A stretch of DNA of 64,000 bases, taken from contig NC_135889.1 of NCBI RefSeq assembly GCF_964194155.1, positions 94,736,001-94,800,000 on the forward strand, given 5' to 3'. This stretch comes from Cetorhinus maximus (lineage: Eukaryota). The position numbers and the translations under genes are program-made. This document shows, one piece after another, positions 37,115 through 50,450 of this stretch. Numbering within the stretch: position 1 is the stretch's first letter; each line of letters starts with the position of its first letter. The notes below the pieces were generated by a model, which saw nothing but the letters and a program-made list of their open reading frames with translations, had not been told where the DNA came from and made no database searches.

Positions 37115-38703
37115 TCATAGAGGACTACAGCACAGAAAAAGGCCTTTCGGCCCATCGAGTCTGTGCCGGTCAAACAAGTACCTGACTATTCTAATCCCAT
37201 TTTCCACCATAGCCTTGTATGCCATGGCATCACAAGTGCACATCCAAATACTTCTTAAATGTTATGAGGGTATCTGCCTCTACCACCCTTTCAGGCAGTG
37301 AGTTCCAGATTCCCACCACCCTCTGGGTGAAAAAATTCTTCCCCTCATCCCCTCTAAACCTCTTTCCCCTTACCTTAAATCTATGCTCCCTGGTTATTGA
37401 TCCCTCCACCAAGGGGAAAAGTTCCTTCCTGTTTACCCTATCTATGCCCCTCAGAGTTTTATACACCTCAATCATGTCCATTTCAATCTCCTCTGCTCCA
37501 GGGAAAATAACCCCAGTCTGTCTAATCTCTCCTCATAACTAAAACTTTCCAGCCCAGGCAACATCCTGGTAAATCCCCTCTACACTCTCTCTAGTGCAAT
37601 CACATCCTTCCTATAATGCTGTGGCCTAATCAGCATTTTATACAGTTCTAGCATAACCTCCCTGCTCTTATATTCTATGCCTCAGCTAATAAAGGCAAGT
37701 ATCCCACATACCTTCTTAACCACCTTATCTACCTGTCCTACTACCTTAAGGTGGACATGCACACCAAGGTCCCTCTGATCCTCGGTACTTCCCAGGGTCC
37801 TACCATTCATCGTGTATTCCCGTGCCTTGTTTGTCCTGCCCTAGTGCATCACCTCACACTTATTCGGTTTAAATTCCATTTGCCACTGATCAACCCATCT
37901 GACCAGCCCGTCTACATCCTCCTGTAACCTGAGGTATCCTCCTCACTATTTACCACCCCACCAATTTTCGTGTTATCTGCGAATTTACTGCTCAACCTTC
38001 CTACATTCAAGTCTAAATCGCTTATATATACCACAAACAGCAAGGGACCCAACACCGATCCCTGTGGAACCCCACTGGACACAGGCATCCAGTCACAAAA
38101 ACACCCCTTGACCATCACCCTCTGCTTCTTACACTCAACCAATTCTGGATCCAATTTGCCAAATTGCCTTGGATCCCATGGGCTCTTACCTTCGTTATCA
38201 GTCTCCCATGCGGGACCTTATCAAAAACCTTGCTGAAGTCCAAGAAGACTACGTCAAATGCATTGCCCTTGTCTACACACCTGGTCACCTCTGAAAAATT
38301 CAATCAAATTGGTCAGACATGACCTCCCCTTAACAAAACCATGCTGACTGTCCTTGATTAATCCCTGCCTCTCCAAGTGTAGATTAATTCTGTCCTTCAT
38401 AATTGCTTCCAATAGTTTCCCCACTACTGAGGTTAGATTGACTGGCCTGTTAGTTCCCTGGTTTATCCCTTCCTCCTTTCTTGAATAACGGTACCACATT
38501 GGCTGTCCTCCAGTCCTCTGGCACCTCTCCTGTGGTCAGAGAGGTGTTGAAAATTATTGCCAGCCCCCCTGCTATCTCCTCCCTTGCCTCACCCAACAGC
38601 CTGGGATACATTTCATCCGGGCCTGGAGATTTATCTACTTTTAAGCCTGCCAGACCACTTAGAACCTCCTCCCTTTCTATGTTAATTTCTTTAATTATAT
38701 CAC
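37115..38703 (-). mobile_element. CR1 LINE RT plus 3'UTR
   Basis: SGVPQGSVLGPLLF, KFADNTK, LDFSKVFDKVPH, QHGFVKGRSCLTNL. Confidence 0.93.
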
Positions 38704-39775
38704 AATTATAAGTGTGTGGATCTGTCTTAGCATCAAATTCCTTGGCTTGCTGAATGCATGTAGTTGTCTGATATGATACAATTATCTTGGGAACATAAGA
38801 ACAGGAAAAGGATGTGCATGGCTGATCCGTCTCTTAACTCCATTTACCTGCCTTTCCTTCATATCCCTTAATAACCTTGCCTAACAAAAATCTGTCAATC
38901 TCCTCAGTTTTTAAATTTTCATTTGAGCTAGCCTCAGCAACTTTTTGGGAAGAGGGTTCCAGATTACTGCCATTTGCATGAAGAAATACTTCATGACCAC
39001 CAATGGTTTAAGCTCTAATTTTAAGTTCGTGCCCATTTGTTTGGGCTGCCCACCAATAGAAATAGTGTCTCTCCCTATCCCTTGGTGCAATGTTCCCTGG
39101 TCCATCCTCAAACCAGATGGTAGTATAAACATGTGAGAGGGCACATAGGCTGTTCTCCTGATAATGGGACAAAAATAAGCAGGCTGTAAAACGCCTTTAG
39201 TTTACTTTGTTTCAAATTATTGGCGCTGAAGTTTTGCCCATCGGATCATGATTCATCCATTGAAATGATTTTTTTTGTTTACTTGGAGCTTTTAAGCCAG
39301 TCCAAGTAATGGTTTTCTGTGGGAATAAAATGCGATGCAAACCCATTATTGAACAGTTGTTTGTAAATTGGATAGTGGAATCTAACTCCTGGTGTCACTA
39401 TCTGACAGGCAAAGATAACTTGGGAAATAGCCTCTTCTCATGCTGTGGTTTTTATCTTGGGCTGAGAAGCAAAGACTCCCCTCAAAGTTGCCTGAAGTAA
39501 TAACATAACTACATGGGACAGTTTACTTTGTTTCACTAATTATCAACTTGATCTAACAACTTGAGGTTGTTGTTCCCAACCCTGTTCAATGATGGGTTTG
39601 CTTGGTCCCAACCCTGTTGAGGTGCAACCTGTATAGGTCCCACTTCCCCCAGAACTGGTCCCAATGCTACAAGAATCTATTTCCCTCCCTCTCAAACCAT
39701 CCCTCTAGCTATGCATTCATCTGTTCTATCCTCCAATTTCCATACAGTACTATCATATGGCACAAGGAGTAATCC

Positions 39776-41349
39776 AGGGACTCTATCTCCTGCCAGTGCA
39801 AGGTGGCCGCCGACAGCACTTCTGCACATGCGTGCCTGTCAGTAAATGTACAGAAATCTACCAAGTTTGTGCGAGTGAGATATGTGTGGCATGCTTAAAA
39901 TCTAGCACGGGTAAATCAAACAGCTTGCCGATCACAATACTTCATTCTGTTCTGCATTTCTTTTTAACAGAACAGAGCTTCACTTTAACTTGTCTCAGTT
40001 TATAAGGCTATGATTTTTTCCAGAGTTTGTGGTAGATTGCTGCCAGATATTTCACAGAATCTCGCAGTGCAGAAGAGGCCATTCAGCCCATCGAGTCTGC
40101 ACCGACACGTGAGAAACACCTGACCTACCTACCTCCACCACCCTCCCAGGCAGCGCACTCCAGACCATCACCACCCTCTGGGTAAAAAGGTTTTTCCTCA
40201 CATCCCCCCCGCCCCCCCCAACGCCAAACCTCCTGCCCCTCACCTTGAACTTGTGTCCCCTTGTGACTGACCCTTCAACTAAGGGGAACAGCTGCTCCCT
40301 ATCCACCCTGTCCATGCCCCTCATAATCTTGTACCTCAATCAGGTCGCCCCTCAATCTTCTCTGCTCCAACGAAAACAACCCAAGTCTATCCAACCTCTC
40401 TTCATAATTTAAATGTTTCATCCCAGGCAACATCCTGGTGAATCTCTTCTGCACTCCCTCCAGTGCAATCACATCCTTCCTATAATGTGGCAACCAGAAC
40501 TGCACACAGTCCTCCAGCTGTGGCCTTACCAAGGTTCTATACAACTCCAACATGACCTCCCTACTTTTGTAATCTATGCCTCGATTGATAAAGGCAAGTG
40601 TCCCATATGCCTTTTTCACCACCCCACTAACGTGTCCCTCCACCTTCAGAGATCTATGGACACACATGCCAAAGTCCCTTTGTTCCTCAGAACTTCCTAG
40701 TGTCATGCTTTTCATTGAATACTTCCTGGTCAAATTACTCCTTCCAAAGTGTATCACCTCACACTTTTCAGGGTTAAATTCCATCTGCCCATTTGACCAT
40801 CCCGTCTATATCTTCTTGTAGCCCAAGACACTCAACCTCATTGTTAACCACCCGGCCAATCTTTGTGTCATCTGTAAACTTACTAATCCTACCCCCCACA
40901 TGGTCATCTATGTCGTTTATATAAATGATGAATAATCATAATTTATTATGGTTTTGTACTAGGGATAAATTATTTTTGTATTGCACCATTGTTAGGTTTA
41001 CACTTTTCGTAATTCCAAGACAAATGACAGTTCAAATAATAATGTAAACCACTGATAGGCTTTTTGATCTTTCGATATTTAAGTTATTTTATCACCAGTT
41101 GTTTTTCTTGGCATTGTTGCGCCAACCATATCAATAATGCTAGACTTGGGGTACTGAGTTTTCATACATATTTTGTATTGTCTGTAAATTGTTTTACAAG
41201 TGCTAGTAACTTAATGTTGCCGGAGCTGTGAAATTTCCAATTTCACGGCCAGTGATGACCGCAGATGTGCCCTGCTGCACATTGCGCTGCTAAAGATGGC
41301 ATCCGTGCATATGACGATGCATATGCGGCGTTGGCAGTAAATGCAGCCC
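39776..41349. mobile_element. Putative non-autonomous DNA transposon carrying a nested CR1
   Basis: Imperfect TIRs gggactctatctcctgcca / tggcagtaaatgcagccc; splits the CR1 sequence gtaatcc..|..gattact. Confidence 0.5.
40052..40935 (-). mobile_element. CR1 LINE 3' end
   Basis: 161-aa ORF MEFNPEKCEVIHFG...LVRPQLED. Confidence 0.92.
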
Positions 41350-41837
41350 TGGGGATTACTGATTTTGAAGTCCTGCATGCTAGTCTCCTTCCTAGTTTCT
41401 TAAAACCTGTCTGCAGAACTACACCCCTCCTTCTGTGTGTATTATTGATACCAATATGGACCATGTCTGCTAGCTGTCACCCTTCCCCATCAGAGTGCTC
41501 TGCAGCCACTCAGTTGCACCCTTGACCCTAGCGCCAGGGAGGCAACATACCAGCCTGGTACCACATCTGTGGCTGAAGAAACTACTGGCTTGTCCCCTAA
41601 CCATAGAATTCCTTATCATTGCTTACCCAATCTTCCTCCTGGCCCTGGACAGCTGAGCCACCCATGGTGCCTTGGACCTGGCTCTGGCTGCACTCTCATT
41701 AGCACTAGTTGGAGAGAGAGATGGACTTGGGGAATTCCTGCACGACCTGCCTGGCCCCCCTTGATTGCCTGGTGATCACTCATTGCCTGTCTGCCTGCAT
41801 TCTCTGAAGTTGCTGGGTTACCACATCTAGAAACCTG

Positions 41838-42489
41838 GGGTAGACTTTTCGGGTCGGCGGGCCTGGGAACGGGCTTCCGCCCGTGATCGTCCCCCGACTG
41901 CAATTTCACGCTGGGGGATGGCCAGTTAACAGCCAAGGCAGTGTGAAAGTCGTGCTGAGGAGCTCAACGCTGCCAGGGCGGGGGTGGGAGGAGGGCAAGC
42001 ACTGAAGTCAGTGCGGATGCGGGGGAGCACAGATGGAACGCTCCCTGAAGCTGCTTCAAGGAGCTGACGAATTTAAAATCAATAAAGACAGAATTTAAGA
42101 TCCAGAAAAAATGTCCATGAATCAGAATGAGTCACCTGTGCATGGATGTTATAAAAATTCTATGCATAGATTTTTTAAAATTTAATTATGGTCGCCTTAT
42201 CCCGCCCTTGGATGAGGTTCCCTGAAAAATGCAAGGGCTGCCTGGCTCATTCGCCAGTCTGCAAGCCATAAGGGCAGCAAAAAATCCCTGTTAATTGATT
42301 GTTAATTAATGACCCTAACAGGCCTCTTAATTGTCAGCAGGCGAGCTGCCGAATCTCGCATGCGCCCACCGACCGAAATATCGTGTGAGTGCGCAACGAC
42401 GTCAGGACGCTCGCCCGACGTCATTGCTCGCTATTTCACGCTCGAGCGTCTTGGGTGCGCACCCGCATGCCAAGCGGAAAATTCAGCCC
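41838..42489 (-). mobile_element. Hairpin-rich MITE, full copy (~650 bp)
   Basis: TIRs gggtagacttttc / gaaaattcagccc; flanks ctg/atg; inserted in CR1 ORF1. Confidence 0.8.
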
Positions 42490-43067
42490 ATGCTTGCCTC
42501 AAATCTCTGTCTCTTGAATGAAGCTCAGTGACGCTAGCTGTTGCTCAAGCTACTCCAACTGACAACACATCCTGCACTTGTAGTTGTCCGGAACATGAGA
42601 AGTGTCCTGGAGTTTCCATGTGGAGCAGGATTACAAAGAATATATGGTACAGAAACAGGCCATTCAACCCAACCAGCCCATGCCGGTGATCATCCTCCAT
42701 TTGAGCCCCCTCCCATCTTTCCTTTTCTAAATCTATCACTGTAACCCTCTATTCCCTTCTCCCTCATATGCTTGTCTAGCTTGCTCCGAAATGCATTCAT
42801 ACTATTCGCTTCAACCAAGTTCCACATTTCCTCTAATCTTTATGTAGAGAAGTTTCTTCTGAGTTCCCTATTGGGTTTCTTGGTGACTATCTTATATTGA
42901 TACCCTCTTGTTATGCTCTTCCCCACAAGAGGAAACATTCTCTCTGTATCCACTCTAAGAAAATTAATAACACTGTAAGTAAAAGGAGAAAATTAAATCA
43001 CATGCAGCTTCTTTCAGGCTCAGGTGATACAAAGAGCTTGTGTCTGTCAAGGAGGCTGAGCTGAGAC

Positions 43068-44598
43068 TCATAGACGTTTATAGCACAGAAGAAGGTCATT
43101 CGGCCTATCGTGTCCACACCAGTCAACAAAGATCTGACTACACTAATCCCATTTTCCAGCGCTTGGCCCATAGCCCTGGAGGCTATGGCAATGCAAGTGA
43201 ATAGCTAAATACTTCTTAAATGTTTCGAGAGTTTCTGACTCAACCACCCTTTCAAACAGTGAGTTCCAGACTCCCACCACCCTCTGGGTGAGAACATTTC
43301 TCAATTCCCCTCTTAGCCTTCTACCTCTTACCTTAAATCTATGCCCCTTAGTTATTGAGCCATCCAATAATGGAAAAAGTGCCTTCCTATCCACCCTATC
43401 TAAGCCCCTCATAATCTTATACACCTCTATCGGGTCCCCTCTCAACCTTTGCTGCTTCAATGAAAACAACCCCAGCCTATCCAATCTTTCCTCATAGCTC
43501 AGACCCTCCAGCCCAGGCCGCATCTTGGTAAATCTCTGCGCACCCTCCAGTGCAATCACGTCCTTCCTGTAATGTGGTGACCAGAGCTGCACATAGTACT
43601 CCAGTCGTGGCCTGACCAGCGTTTTATACAGTTCCAACGTAACGTATTCTATACCTCGGCAAGTATCCCTTATGCCTTCTTAACCACCTTATCTACCTGC
43701 CCTGATCTATGGATATGGGCACCGAGATCCCTCTGATCTTTAGTACTTTCCAGGGTCCTACCATTCATAGTGTAACCCTTGCCTTGTTAGCCCTTCCAGA
43801 GTGCATTACCTCACTTTTCTGGGTTGAATTCCATTTGCCACTGCTCTGCCCACCTGACCAGTCCATTGATATCGTCCTGCTGTTTACAGCCAACCATCCA
43901 CTATTTACCACTCTACCAATTTTCGTGCAAACTGTAAACTTCTTGACCATACCCCCTATATTTAAGTCCAAATCATTTATATACACCACAAACAGCAAGG
44001 GCCCCAGCACCGAGCCCTGTGGAACCCCACTGGAAATAGACTCCCAGTCACAGAAACATCCCTCTGCTTCTTGCCTCTCGACCAGTTTTGAATCCAACAT
44101 GCCACTTTGCCTTGGATCACATGGGCTATTACTTTCTTGACCAGTCTGCCATGAGGGACCTTATCAAAAGCCTTGCTAAGGTCCATGTAGATCACATCAA
44201 ATGCATTGCCCTCATCAACACTCCTGGTTACCTCCTCAAAAAAATTGAACACGTTTGTCAAACATCATCTTCCCTTAACAAATCCATGCTGACTATCCTT
44301 GATTAATCCGTGTCTGAGTGCAGATATATTCTGTCCCTCAGAATTCTTTTCTAGTAACTTCCCCACCACCAAGGTTAGACTGACTGGCCTGTAATTTCCT
44401 GATCTATCCCTTACTTTTTTTAATAATGAGACCCCTTATTTAATAATGGGACAACATTAGCAGCCCTCCAGTCCCCTGCACCCCATCCGTGGCCAGAGAG
44501 GATTTGAAAATTACTGCCAGGGCCCCTGATATCTCTTCCCTTGCCTCCCTCAACAGCCTGGGATACATCTCATCTGGGCATGTGGATTTATCCACTTT
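43068..44598 (-). mobile_element. CR1 LINE RT plus 3'UTR
   Basis: LVRPRLEYYVQLWSP, SGVPQGSVLGPLLF, MDLSKAFDKVPH. Confidence 0.93.
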
Positions 44599-44604
44599 TG
44601 AGCT

Positions 44605-46935
44605 GTCACTGGCTCAGCATGTCTCCTGCCCAATGCACACCCTCTGCTCAGTGTTGTCTGTCTGTCAGCCCGCTCCACACGCTATCATAATTTTAAACAC
44701 CTCTCTCTTAGATCACCCTGCAGCCCTTTTGCAGGAGAGAAGGGACCCTGCCTGTCAGTTGTTTCCTGATATGTACATCCAAGCATTTTTGATGTCATCC
44801 ATGTAAATCTTCTCTGCACCCTCTCCAGTGCCTCTGTATACTTATTACAATATGGCAACCAGAACTACACACAGTTCTCAAAGTGAGTGCAACCAAGGTT
44901 CGATACAAGTTTAACATAACTTCCCTACTTCTCAATTTTCTCCCTCTATAATTAAAGCCTAGTGCTTACCTTGCATTTTTATGGCCTTGCTAAACTGTGT
45001 CAACTTTTAGTGATTGGGGTATTTCAACTATCCTACCTAGACTCTCACCTTTCAAGAAATAAGTAACCTCCCTATTCTTCCTACTAAAATGTACTATCTC
45101 ATGTTTATCTGTGTTGAACTTCATTTGCCAATTATTTACTCATGCTGCAAATTTACTAATGTTCTCTGGTAATTTGTTGCAGTCGTCCTCAGTATTGACT
45201 ATCACCCCTAATTTGGTGTCATCCGCAAATGTAGAAATTGTGTTTTTGATTCCAAAGACCAAATTGTTACCACTCACTGCTTTCTATCTTGAAGCCAGCT
45301 AGCAATCCATTCTGCCACTTGTCCCCTGACTGCAAATTCTGTGACCTTGCTCATTAGGTCTGTTATGGGGCACCTTACTGGAAGCCTTTTGAAAATTCAG
45401 ATACACCACACCTACTGCATTACCAATGTCTCTTTTTGACGCCTCCTCAATAAACTCAAAGGTTAGTGAAACAAGATTTTCTGTTTTGAAATCCATGCTG
45501 ACTACTCATTATTATATTTTGTTTCTAAATATCCTTTAATAGGGACTCCATTATTTTTCCTACCACCGATATTAAACTGACTGATCTGTAATTCCCTGGA
45601 CATGTTCTCTGTTCACCTTCTTAAACATTAGCTATCAACCAGTCCTCTGGTGTTACACCATTTTCTAATGAATTATAAATATGTGGAATAATGCTTCTTC
45701 TGTCCCTTCCCTAGCTTCTTTTACAATACATGGATACAATTCATCCGGACTAGGGACTTTATGCTCTTTGAGTTTGTTTAGTTTATTCAATAGATCCCTT
45801 TTACTTAAAGTGCACTTATCTCGTTGCTCATCTCATCATTCAATGTTATGTCTGCCTGTTCTATCTCCCAGGTAGATACTGAGGCAAAATAATTATTTAA
45901 TATTTCTGCCATCTATCGTTGCCTATGGTATTATCCTGTCTATCCCCTAATGGTCCTATTCCTATTCCAGGCATTTTTTTATTGATCGATCTATGAATAT
46001 TTTACTATTTTGTTTATGTTCCTGGGTAATTTCATTTCATTGTCCTTCTTTGCCTTCCTAATTGTTTTTTTCCCCATATGTCTTTATTCATCCAGGGAGC
46101 CTCACTAGTGTTTAGTTTGTTTTTTCCTGTTTGTAGAATATATTCTCCCTGCGCTCTGTTGAACTGTTAAAGTTTTTTTCATAGTTGTTTGCCAATATTG
46201 TTGCCCATTTAATTTTCTCAAGTTTCATTCTCAGCCCTTCAATCAGCTTTTCCCTAATCTATTTACCTGGTTTTCATCTTTCTTATGTCCTCTATCATTA
46301 TCTTAAAGCATATATTATGGTCACTGTTGCCTCGATGTTTTCTGTACTTTTTACTTCCCTTATCTGCTTTGGTTCATTCTCCATTACTGGTTCCAATAGG
46401 GAATCTCCCCTTGTTGGACATTTGACATTTTGGGTTAGAAACGACTCCTGTACACATTGTAGGAACTCTATTCCTTTATCTCCTTTACCTGTCTCTTCTG
46501 GCCAATTCTTAATGGGGCAGTTGAAATCCCCCATGGTCACTATTCTTTGATTTTTACTCAATTCCCTAATTTGTTTGTATGTATGCACGTATTTCTTCTT
46601 CCACCTCCATTCCACCATTAGATGATGTATCTATTAGTGTGATTGATCCTTTATTATCTCTTATCTCTATCCATCTGGGTTTGATTTTGTCTTGCTAATA
46701 TTTGTGTCTCTTTTTTCTGTTGCCATTCTGCTTCCCTAATAGGTACAACTACTCCACCTCGCTTTTTTTCCACAATATCGTTTCTGATCATGTTGTACCT
46801 TGCAATGTTTAATTCCCATTCCTGATTTTTCTGTAGCCATGCCTCAGTGACCCCTGCAATGTCTGGTTCCTCCCAACATATGATTGCTTCCAATTCCTCA
46901 GTTTTATTACAGGCATTGCTGTACAGACATTTTAA
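44605..46935 (-). mobile_element. Older CR1 LINE with EN and RT remnants
   Basis: PDIAGVTEAW, RGGVVV, MGDFNCP, PTRGDSLL, YLNFQKA..KVPH. Confidence 0.85.
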
Positions 46936-47279
46936 CTTGTTTTATAAAAGGATTTATCATAATGTTTAACCATCTTTTTAGGCATCTGTTCTATAACTCC
47001 ATTCATTCCCTTACCTCCTCCCTTACTTTATTACTTTCTATGCTCTCCTGCCCAGTTTTGTTTACGTTTAGGCTACTTATGCTTCCTGTAGATCCCAAGG
47101 ATGTGCACTACACTTGAACAAGATGCCCTGCCATGCCTCTATAAATCTTAAATCTAAACAGGGTTAACAGTCAGTTGCTGTGTTATTAGTATACCCATTA
47201 TTCTGTGGGAAATCCATTTGTTAATGGCTGGCACTGCACTAACATCTCTTCAATTCTCTATGTTCCCCACACTCGATCT

Positions 47280-47870
47280 GAGAAAGACAGATTGGAATAT
47301 TTTCTAAAGGGTGAGAGATTAGGAGCTGTGGAGGAGCAAAAGGATTTAGGTGTCCATCTGCACAAAAGGGCACAAAAAGTAACCAAGAAGGCTATCTTGA
47401 GGGACTACAAATTCAGAAGAGAAAACGTGATGCTTCCGTGATATACAGCCTTCATCAGAATCCATCTGGAATACTGCATTTGAGTTTGGGCACTGAACCT
47501 CAGGAAAGATATATTCGTCTTAGGAATGGTAGGGTGCAGATTCTATAGAATAATACTAGAGTTAAACTAAGATGACAAGTTGTGTAAACCTGGCTTGTAT
47601 TTCCCTCAAGGAATTTGATAGGGTAGTTACAGAGAAAGTATTTCCTCTGGTGGAGGAATCGAGAGCAATGGAGCATTATCTTAAAACTAAAGCTACCCAT
47701 TTAGGAGTGAAATTAGAATGCACTTTTGCGCACCAAGGATAGTGGAAATCAGACTTTGCTCCCAAAAAACATCATTGCTACTGGATCGATTGGGAATTTT
47801 CAAGACTGATGGTTTTTTTGTTAGGTAAGGGTATTGAGGGATATGGAACAAAGAGATAAATGGAGTTGGT
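47280..47870 (+). mobile_element. Old CR1 3' fragment
   Basis: YFLKGERLGAVEEQKDLGV; HLEYC remnant at ~47465. Confidence 0.75.
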
Positions 47871-48339
47871 GTACTCCTGTTTAATTTTTGCAATACTGTG
47901 CTCTTGTTTAATTTGTACAATACTTCTAATGGTCAAAGTTTCTGACCACATCTTGCATCACCTGGTCTGCAAATAAAAATAGTGAAGTCGTGGTGGACAG
48001 GTGGGCTTCCACAGTGTAAATGCATAAAAAACAAAAGTAACATCAGCAATGTGCACCTGATGGCTCAGTTAATTCATCAGTGAACACTTGAACTATGTAT
48101 ATATTCCAAGGTTTGATTCCTGCACTGCCCTAAGCTAATTGATCTCAGCCAATGCAGCGAGAATGCTGCAGCAATTGGTCTTGGTGTCCTTGCTTATGGA
48201 AAATGAGCTAGATTTCATTCTTCTGATTGTTGTCTTGTGACCTTGACAGCAAAATATGAATTATCAATGTCTAGAAAGGACAAGATCAGGGTCAGCAATG
48301 GTGCATCTGGGTTTAGATGCCTGTGTAAAAATGACACAC

Positions 48340-49462
48340 AAATAAAAATTGCTGAAAAAACTCAGCAGGTCTGACAGCATCTGTGGAGAGAAAGACTGGG
48401 TTATCATTTCGCGTCCGTATGACTTCTTCAGAACTAAAGAGAAGTAAAAATGGAGTGAAATATATACTGTTTTTAAGGGGGGGTGGGACAAGTGGAGCTG
48501 GATAGAAGGCCAGTGATAGGCAGAGGCAAAGGAGAGATTGCAAAAGATGTCATAAACAAAAGGTCAAAGGGGCGTTGATGGTGGTAATACTGGCTAAAGG
48601 AGGTGCTAATGGTGACATTAAGTAGAAAGCAGGATGAGCAAGTGACAGATGGCCCTAGTGGGGGTGGGGTGGGGAGAGGGGATTGTGTGGGAGAAAAGAT
48701 CGAAATAGGCTAAAAGGTGGGAATAAAACAATGAATGCAAATACATTTTAAAATAATAATAATAGAAATAGGTGGGAAATATATATATATGTATATTATA
48801 TGTATATAAAAATTAAAAAATAAATATTGGAAAAAGGGGATCAAAAAGGTGTGAAGATGGAGGAGAGAGCTCACGATCTGAAGTTGTTGAACTCGATGTT
48901 AAGTCCGGAAGGCTGTAAAGTGCCTAATCGGAAGATGAGCTGTTGTTCCTCCAGTTTGCGTTGAGTTTCAGTGGAACATTGCAGCAGGCCAAGGACGGAC
49001 ATGTGGGAATGAGAGCAGGGTGGTGTGTTGAAATGGCAAGCGACAGGAAGGGTCTGGGTTATGCTTGTGGACAGACCGAAGGTGTTCTGCAAAGCAGTCA
49101 CCCAGTCTGCGTTTGGTGTCTCCAATGTAGAGGAGACCGCATTGGGAGCAGCGAATGCAGTAGACTAAATTGAGGGAAGTGCAAGTGAACTGCTGCTTCA
49201 CTTGAAAGGAGTGTTTGGGCCCTTGGACGGTGAGAAGGGCGGAAAGTAAAGGGGCAGGTGTTGCACCTTCTGCGATTGCATGGGAAGGTGCCGTGGGAGA
49301 GGGTTGAGGTGCTGGAGGAGTGGACCAGGGTGCCCTGGAGGGAACGATCCCTGCAGAATGCCAACAGGGGGTGGTGAAGGGAAGATGTGTTTGGTGGTGG
49401 CATCATCCTGGAGTTGGCGGAAATGGCGGAGGATGATCCCTTGAATGCAGAGGCCCCAACAA
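48340..49462 (-). mobile_element. Penelope-like retroelement 3' part (GIY-YIG endonuclease plus 3' end), left arm
   Basis: GTFPCNRRRCNTCP linker, NLVYCIRCSQCGLLYIGDTKRRL..FAEH, PVACHFN, EEQQLIFRLGTLQPSGLN. Confidence 0.93.
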
Positions 49463-49464
49463 TG

Positions 49465-50450
49465 CCTCCACACCTCAACCCCCTCGCACGGCACCTTCCC
49501 ATGCAATTGCAGAAAGTGCAATACCTTTACCCCCCCCCCCCCACCTCACTGTTCAAGGGCCCAAACACTCCTTTCAAGTGTGCACTTCCCTCAATTTAGT
49601 CTACTGCATTCGCTGCTCCCAATGCGGTCTCCTCCACATTGGAGAGACCGAATGCAGACTGGATGACCGCTTTGCGGAATGCCTTCGGCCTGTCCGCAAG
49701 CATGACCTAGACCTTCCTGTTGCTTGCCATTTCAACACACCACCCTGCTCTCATGCCCACATGTCCGTCCTTGGCCTGCTGCAATGTTCCGCTGAAACTC
49801 AACGCAAACTGGAGGAACAGCAGCTCATCTTCCGATTAGGCACTTTACAGCCTTCCGGACTTAACGTTGAGTTCAACAACTTCAGACCATGAGCTTCTCC
49901 TCCATCTTCACACCTTTTTGATCCCCTTTTCCCAATATTTTTTAATTTCATAAATATATATATTTTTTCCCACCTATTTCTATTATTATTATTTTAAAAG
50001 TGTATTTGCATTCATTGTTTTATCCCCACCTTTTAGCCTATTTCGATCTTTTCTCCCACACAATCCCCTCTCCCCACCCCACCCCCACTAGGGCCATCTG
50101 TCACTTGCTCATCCTGCTTTCTACTCTTAATGTCACCATTAGCACCTCCTTTAGTCAGTATCACCACCATCAACGCCCCTTCGACCTTTTGTTTATGACA
50201 TCTTTTGCAATCTCTCCTTTGCCTCCACCTATCACTGGCCCTCTATCCAACTTCACCTGTCCCACCCCCCTTAAACAGTATATATTTCACTCCATTTTTA
50301 CTTCTCTTTAGTTCTGAAGAAGAGTCATACGAACTCGAAACGTTAGCTCTGTCTTTCTCCCCCACAGATGCTGTCAGACCTGCTGAGTTTTTCCAGCAAT
50401 TTTTGTTTTTGTTTCAAATTTCCAGCATGCGCAGTATTTTGCTTTTATCT
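49465..50450 (+). mobile_element. Penelope-like retroelement 3' part, right arm (inverted relative to the left arm)
   Basis: ORF 49578-49892 encodes the same GIY-YIG domain; the sequence is the reverse complement of ~48340-49318. Confidence 0.93.
50310..50348 (+). ncRNA. Minimal type I hammerhead ribozyme motif (Penelope-associated)
   Basis: agtt-CTGAAGA-a-gagt(catacga)actc-GAAA-cgtt-agct: helix I 4 bp with one G-U, helix II 4 bp, palindromic ACGT in place of helix III, GUU cleavage triplet. Activity untested. Confidence 0.7.

Larger units (their letters stand above)
39600..42620 (-). mobile_element. Fragmented CR1 ORF1 (esterase plus Cys-rich N-terminus); pieces at 39600-39775, 41351-41836, 42490-42620
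   Basis: HWDQFWGKWDLYRLHL, VHIGINN...FKKLGRRL and VPDNYKCR-like segments in collinear order, separated by DNA-transposon inserts. Confidence 0.7.
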
